From positions 384,001 through 448,000 of the forward strand of contig CAVQUB010000002.1 in NCBI GenBank assembly GCA_963716725.1: a stretch of DNA of 64,000 bases. The letters are read 5' to 3'. This DNA comes from an uncultured delta proteobacterium (GTDB lineage Bacteria > Myxococcota_A > Polyangia > Polyangiales > Polyangiaceae). The translations under genes and the position numbers were made by a program. This document shows positions 59,203-64,000 of this stretch, in pieces. The notes under the pieces were generated by a model, which saw nothing but the letters and a program-made list of their open reading frames with translations, had not been told where the DNA came from and did not search any database. Every line of letters starts with the position of its first letter. The first letter of the stretch is position 1.

Positions 59203-60621
59203 TCAGTTCGGTCCGCCGGATTTGCACAGGGCCAGGATCTCGATCCCAGCGGAGTTGTCCCCTTGGACCTTGCCGCAGGCCTGGGAGCACAAGACCAGCT
59301 TGTCGCCGCCCGCGTCGCCGCCGCCATCGGGTCCGAACTCGATGTAGAAGGCGTTCGGCTTGCACTGCGTCACGTCGGCGACCTGCTCGAAGATCTCCTT
59401 CGAACCGCCCGCCGATGGCGAGTACTGGATCTGGATCGTCTTGGGATCGAGCTCCTTGCCGACCGGCGGCGCGGGCATGGGGAAATCGCACTGGATCTTC
59501 GCGCCCTGGATCACGCCCTCGGCGATCTTCTTGAACACCACGTCGAAGCCTGCGCCTTCACAGACCGGATAGCGGAGCCCGCCGGTCAGCATGCTGAGCG
59601 CCTGGGTGCCCGGGCCCGAGTTCACCGCGGTCGAGCACTTGCTCGAAGAGGGCACAATGGGATCGGTGGGCTGATACTCACCGGTGGCGCTCTTGCTGTT
59701 CTTGATGACGCCGCTCAAGCTGTGCCAGACGTAGGTGCGGTTCTGGGCCGTGCCGAACTGCACCGGATCGAGCGCGAGGAAGTCGGCGTCGAAGTTCTTT
59801 GCCGCCTGGACCGCCAAAGCGTCAGAGGTGTCGTCGTAGCACTTCGAGGCGTTTGTCGTGCACGACGAGTACATGCTCGTGGTGGTCTGAGGCCAGTAGC
59901 AATCCATGCGATCGTCGGACACCAGCACGAAGGTCTTGAGCGCCTCCTTGCGCAGCCACTCGGACCAACCGTTCGGCGCGAGGTTGTAACGATCGGGCTT
60001 CTTGTACCAGTCGATCATCTTGCACCAGGCGTCCCAGCTCTCAACGTCGTCGTGGTCGTAGTGATAGAACACCGGCGGGTTGTTGCTGGGAGCGGTGTTG
60101 ATGCCAACGTTCGTGCAGGGCTTGCCTCCCAGCGGCGGCCCGATGCAGATCGAAGACTCGTAAGTCGAAGGCGTGTTGTACCCGCCATGCTCGCCGATCA
60201 TGATGACGCGGTAGTCGATGCCGCTCGAGGCGATGATCTGGGCGAAGTTGACGTTGATGTTATCCTGGATGCCCTTCATCTCTTCGGCCATCGAGCACGA
60301 GTTGTCGACGACGAAGATGACATCCACGGGCGCCTTGGTGACCGTGGCTTGATACTTCTGAAGGTCGCAGGCCGCGTCGGGTGGAATCGCCCCGTCGCCG
60401 CCGCTGTCGATCACGATGCCGCCACCGGAGCCGCCCGCGTCCGCGCCGCCCGCGCCGACACCGCCGACGCCGCCGACGCCGCCGACGCCGCCCGATGCGC
60501 CGCTGCCGGCGCTGCCGCCGCTGCCTGCACCGCTATCGCTCGCGCTGCACGCGCTCGAGAGCGCGCCGCCAACAATCAGGCCCATTGCTGCGTATCCGGC
60601 GTAGCGAAGCGGTGAGTTCAT
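59203..60621 (-). CDS. vWA-domain lipoprotein, paralogue A
   Basis: Lipobox SSAC; Gly-rich linker; VDVIFVVDNSCSM; Cys-rich C-domain ending LCKSGGPN. Confidence 0.88.
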   Translation of the reverse strand: MNSPLRYAGYAAMGLIVGGALSSACSASDSGAGSGGSAGSGASGGVGGVGGVGGVGAGGADAGGSGGGIVIDSGGDGAIPPDAACDLQKYQATVTKAPVDVIFVVDNSCSMAEEMKGIQDNINVNFAQIIASSGIDYRVIMIGEHGGYNTPSTYESSICIGPPLGGKPCTNVGINTAPSNNPPVFYHYDHDDVESWDAWCKMIDWYKKPDRYNLAPNGWSEWLRKEALKTFVLVSDDRMDCYWPQTTTSMYSSCTTNASKCYDDTSDALAVQAAKNFDADFLALDPVQFGTAQNRTYVWHSLSGVIKNSKSATGEYQPTDPIVPSSSKCSTAVNSGPGTQALSMLTGGLRYPVCEGAGFDVVFKKIAEGVIQGAKIQCDFPMPAPPVGKELDPKTIQIQYSPSAGGSKEIFEQVADVTQCKPNAFYIEFGPDGGGDAGGDKLVLCSQACGKVQGDNSAGIEILALCKSGGPN

Positions 60622-60731
60622 GATTCGGATCTCCATCAAGCAAGTCGACGCGCGCACGCCCCCCCCGGGCTCGGCCCCTCGGAAGCGCCGAGCGCCAGCC
60701 TAGCACAGCTCGTGCCCCGCGCAGGGCTGGC

Positions 60732-62156
60732 TCAGTTCGGTCCGCCCGACTTGCACAAGGCCAGGATCTCGACCTTCGGGGAGGCGTCACCCTGGACCTT
60801 GCCGCAGGCCTGATCGCAGAGCACCAACTTGCCCATCGACGCGTCGCCGGCGTCGGAGCCGCCTTCGAGGTAGAAGGCGTTCGGCTTGCACTGCGTGACG
60901 TCGGCGACCTGCTCGAAGATCTCCTTCGAGCCGCCCACCGAGGGCGTGTACTGGATCTGAATCGTCTTCGGATCGAGCTCCTTGCCGGCGGGCGGCTCGG
61001 GCATCGGGAAGTCGCACTGGATCTTCGCGCCTTGAATCACGCCCTCGGCGATCTTCTTGAAGACGACGTCGAAGCCGGCGCCTTCGCAGACCGGATAGCG
61101 GAGCCCGCCCGTCAGCATGCTGAGCGCTTGGGTCGCAGGACCCGAGTCCACCGCGGAGGGGCACTTGTTGGTGTACGCCACGAGGGGGTCGGTCGGCTGG
61201 TACTCGCCCAGCGCGCTCGCGCTGTTCTTGATGACGCCGCTCAGGCTGTGCCAGATGTAGTTGCGCTTCTGCGCCGTTCCGAACTGCAGGGGGTCGAGGG
61301 CCAGCAGGTCGGCGTCGAAGAACTGCGCGGCCTGCGGGGCCATCGTCGCGTAGGTCGTGCTCGAACCGTCCGTGTAGCACTTCGATCCGTTGGTGCTGCA
61401 CGAGGGCGGGTAGGTCCCAGTGTAGGGCCACGAGCAGCTCATGCTGTCGTCGGTCACCATCACGAAGGTCTTCAGTGCTTCTTTGCGCAGCCACTCGGAC
61501 CAGCCCCCGGGCGCGAGGTTGTAACGATCGGGCTTCTTGTACCAGTCGAGCATCTTGCACCAGCCGTCGGTGCTCTCGATGTCGTCCCGGTCGTAGTGGT
61601 AGAAGACCGGCAGGTTGTTGGACGGCGCCGTGTTCGCCACCACACCGGTGCAAGGCTTCCCCCCCAGCGGCGGGCCGATGCAGAGGGATGCGTCGGTGGT
61701 GGGGCCATGCTCGGAGATCATGATCACGCGGTAGTCGATGCCGCTCGAGGCGATGATCTGGGCGAAGTTCAGGTTGATGTTGCTCTGGATGGCGGCCATC
61801 TCGCCGTTCATCGAGCACGAATTATCGAGCACGAAGATGACGTCCACCGGCCCTTTGCTGATGGTGGCCGTGTAGGTCTGCAAGTCGCAGGCGGCATCCG
61901 GTGGGATGGCGCCGTCGCCGCCGCTGTCGATGACGATGCCGCCACCCGTGCCGCCGCCGTCGAGCCCCCCGGCGGCCGAGCCACCGCCCATACTGCCACC
62001 GGCGCCGCCCGCACCCGAGGATCCACCGCTAGCGCTGCCACCGCCGCCTCCGCCGCTGCCCCCGCCGCTGTCGCTCGCGCTGCACGCGCTCGAGAGCGCG
62101 GCTCCGACGATCAGACCTGTGACTGCGTAGCCGGCGAAACGGAGAGGGTGGTTCAT
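60732..62156 (-). CDS. vWA-domain lipoprotein, paralogue B (tandem duplicate)
   Basis: Same architecture as paralogue A with long identical blocks; VDVIFVLDNSCSM. Confidence 0.88.
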   Translation of the reverse strand: MNHPLRFAGYAVTGLIVGAALSSACSASDSGGGSGGGGGGSASGGSSGAGGAGGSMGGGSAAGGLDGGGTGGGIVIDSGGDGAIPPDAACDLQTYTATISKGPVDVIFVLDNSCSMNGEMAAIQSNINLNFAQIIASSGIDYRVIMISEHGPTTDASLCIGPPLGGKPCTGVVANTAPSNNLPVFYHYDRDDIESTDGWCKMLDWYKKPDRYNLAPGGWSEWLRKEALKTFVMVTDDSMSCSWPYTGTYPPSCSTNGSKCYTDGSSTTYATMAPQAAQFFDADLLALDPLQFGTAQKRNYIWHSLSGVIKNSASALGEYQPTDPLVAYTNKCPSAVDSGPATQALSMLTGGLRYPVCEGAGFDVVFKKIAEGVIQGAKIQCDFPMPEPPAGKELDPKTIQIQYTPSVGGSKEIFEQVADVTQCKPNAFYLEGGSDAGDASMGKLVLCDQACGKVQGDASPKVEILALCKSGGPN

Positions 62157-62194
62157 GCTTGCAGATCCTTTCGAATTGCCACTGTCCGGGCCGA

Positions 62195-64000
62195 CTACTG
62201 AACCGCCCAGATCTGTTGAGTGGAGTTGTCGATGGCGTACAGCTTCTTGTTCGCCGCGTCGAAGCCCAGGCCGGTGTAGGAGCTGGTGCTGGTGCCGAAG
62301 CTGACCAGGGTGTCGGCGTAGGGCTGGGTGCCGGCTGGGTTGCACACGTAGTAGATGTCCGAGAGGGCGCCGCGGAAGTACAGGAAGTCCGCGGTCCCGT
62401 CGTTGTTGGTGTCGTGGGCGGCGACGCCGTTTGCGTAGGTGCTGGCGTAGAGATCGAAGCCGTCGGTGATCAGCGTGACCGCCTTGGTGGTGCGATCGAT
62501 GCGCACCAGGCGCTCGAGCGTGCCGCAGGCCGCGTAGAAGTACTTGTCGTCCACGGCCAGGCCGTTGCAGTAGCTCTCACCCGTGATCGACGCCTCGAGG
62601 GTGGCGGTCACCGGCGCGGTGCCGGTGGCGCTCACCGACCAGATCTCGGTGGCGGTCGTGGTGCTGGTGGCGCCGTTGAGCAGGTAGATCTTGCCCTTGT
62701 AGGAGGCGCCCGAGCGCGGGTAAGCCGAGGCCGGGGTCGGCGACGCCGGCAGCGCCATGAAATCCTGGGAGCCCCAGTTTCCGCCCCCGGTCGGCGGGAC
62801 GAGTTTGTAGAGGTAACCGGACGAGCTCGCCGCCATCGCCTTGTACTTGATGGTGAAGGGATCGGCGCCGTTCATCAGCATGCCGTAGCCGAGCACGCCG
62901 GTGTCGTTCGTGAGCTGGAACTTGGTCGTGTTGGTCTTGCCGATGCGCCAGAGCCCGCTGGTGCTGCCGAAGTACACGTAGCCGTTCGCCGCCTGATCGA
63001 CGTCCATGTAGTACATGCTCGCGCCGGTCGCGCCGAGGTTCGTCTTGGTGGTGCCCACCATGCCGCCGGAGCCGGGCAGACAAGGCGGCGTGATCACCGT
63101 GAACTTCCAGGTCGGCTTCTGAATCGCCTTGCTGCACTTGGTATCCGTGAGGCCCGTGAGGTCGACGGTGACTAGCTCACCCGCGGGCATCGCCACACCC
63201 GGCTTGATCAGCATGGTCTTGTTGTTGTTCGTCCAGGTCACCGCTGCGTTCGGATACGTGTAGGTGATGTTGGTGCCCTTGTTGCCCGTCAGCTTGACCG
63301 TCCAGCCCGTGGTGACGAGCGGCACGTCGAAATCGACGCTCAACTTCGGGGCCAGCGTGCTGGACGTCCCGGCGTTGGCCGGCGTCATGCTCACGGCGCT
63401 GGCCGCGAAGGTGGTGCAGTCGACCTCAGCCAGGGTGATCACCAGCGGGTTCTGCAAGGGCGTGGCCGTGCTGTAGTTGAGCTTGCCGACGTAGAAGAAG
63501 TAGGTGGTGCCCTTGGTCACGCTCAGGCTGCCGCTGAGGGTGGTGTAGGAGTAGTCCTTGAGCCCGCTGCACAGGGACGGCGTGCCGATGGTGCCGCAGG
63601 TCCCGGTCGCGACGGCGACCACGACGTAGGAGCTCACCGGCTTGTCCACGCTGAACTCGAGGCTGCCAGTGAACCCTGCTGTGTAGACCAGGACCAGATC
63701 CGGCCCCAGCAGGCTGTAGCTGGAGGTGGAGCACGCGGTCGGGATCGGGGTCAGGTAGTCGTTCTTGGTGGCGGTCCAGTTGATGGTGTTCTTGCCAGCC
63801 TTGATCGGCACCACGCCGCCGCAGTCTTCGCCGGTCGCGTTGCCAGCCACGCACGAGTAGTTCGTGCCGCTCTGCTCGCACTTCTGCCCGAGAGCGCAGG
63901 TCGTGGTGACCTGCCAGTCCTGGCAGCCGTTCACCCCGACCTTGCACTCTTGAACCAAGTTCGCGTTGCACTTCTTGGCGTTGAGGGTCGGGCACGGATC
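62195..64000 (-). CDS. large Cys/Thr-rich surface protein (Ig-like and beta-propeller-like regions), 5'-truncated by window edge
   Basis: Cys-rich modules; SMTPAN..LSVDFDVPL Ig-like segment; C-terminal propeller-like repeats; frame open to the edge. Confidence 0.75.
   Translation of the reverse strand, partial: DPCPTLNAKKCNANLVQECKVGVNGCQDWQVTTTCALGQKCEQSGTNYSCVAGNATGEDCGGVVPIKAGKNTINWTATKNDYLTPIPTACSTSSYSLLGPDLVLVYTAGFTGSLEFSVDKPVSSYVVVAVATGTCGTIGTPSLCSGLKDYSYTTLSGSLSVTKGTTYFFYVGKLNYSTATPLQNPLVITLAEVDCTTFAASAVSMTPANAGTSSTLAPKLSVDFDVPLVTTGWTVKLTGNKGTNITYTYPNAAVTWTNNNKTMLIKPGVAMPAGELVTVDLTGLTDTKCSKAIQKPTWKFTVITPPCLPGSGGMVGTTKTNLGATGASMYYMDVDQAANGYVYFGSTSGLWRIGKTNTTKFQLTNDTGVLGYGMLMNGADPFTIKYKAMAASSSGYLYKLVPPTGGGNWGSQDFMALPASPTPASAYPRSGASYKGKIYLLNGATSTTTATEIWSVSATGTAPVTATLEASITGESYCNGLAVDDKYFYAACGTLERLVRIDRTTKAVTLITDGFDLYASTYANGVAAHDTNNDGTADFLYFRGALSDIYYVCNPAGTQPYADTLVSFGTSTSSYTGLGFDAANKKLYAIDNSTQQIWAVQ

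Noticed and set aside
59203..62156. Diversity-generating retroelement TR/VR pair
   Set aside because: Whole-gene duplication with indels rather than adenine-only differences; no reverse transcriptase in the window
119..63175. Many long antisense or alternative-frame ORFs (e.g. 119-1588, 17226-19040, 45709-47064, 56719-58752)
   Set aside because: They are shadows of real genes in high-GC DNA, Arg/Ala/Gly-rich and without recognisable motifs

Overview
GC-rich, gene-dense chromosomal window. Gene content points to a myxobacterium, most likely Polyangiales (inferred from the many Gly-rich lipoproteins, three Hanks-type Ser/Thr kinases and vWA lipoprotein paralogues). It holds about 60 CDSs and one tRNA-Leu(TAA). 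I found no integrase, transposase, CRISPR array or rRNA. Housekeeping genes are hbd and a crotonase, efp, thiD, amtB, asnS, two PPIases, feoAB behind a Fur-box promoter, mpg, coaBC, gloA, yebC, a two-domain PPK2 and a glutathione peroxidase. Best candidates for undescribed systems: (1) a translationally coupled kinase-HEAT gene and a catalytically dead HD-GYP-DUF4388-like gene (39851-45462); (2) a membrane Ser/Thr kinase with a Pro-rich stalk and terminal Cys loop, paired with a secreted protein ending in a putative outer-membrane beta-signal (34636-37175); (3) tandem vWA/MIDAS lipoprotein paralogues that differ mainly in predicted MIDAS-face loops, downstream of a large adhesin-like gene (59203-64000). 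Smaller observations include an orphan PaaA-like di-iron protein, a stand-alone clan-CD-like protease, a DUF4139-OmpA fusion, an operator-like region at amtB, and widespread -10 boxes just before start codons. Three single frameshifts are probably sequencing indels. All family calls come from reading motifs by eye; no database searches were run.
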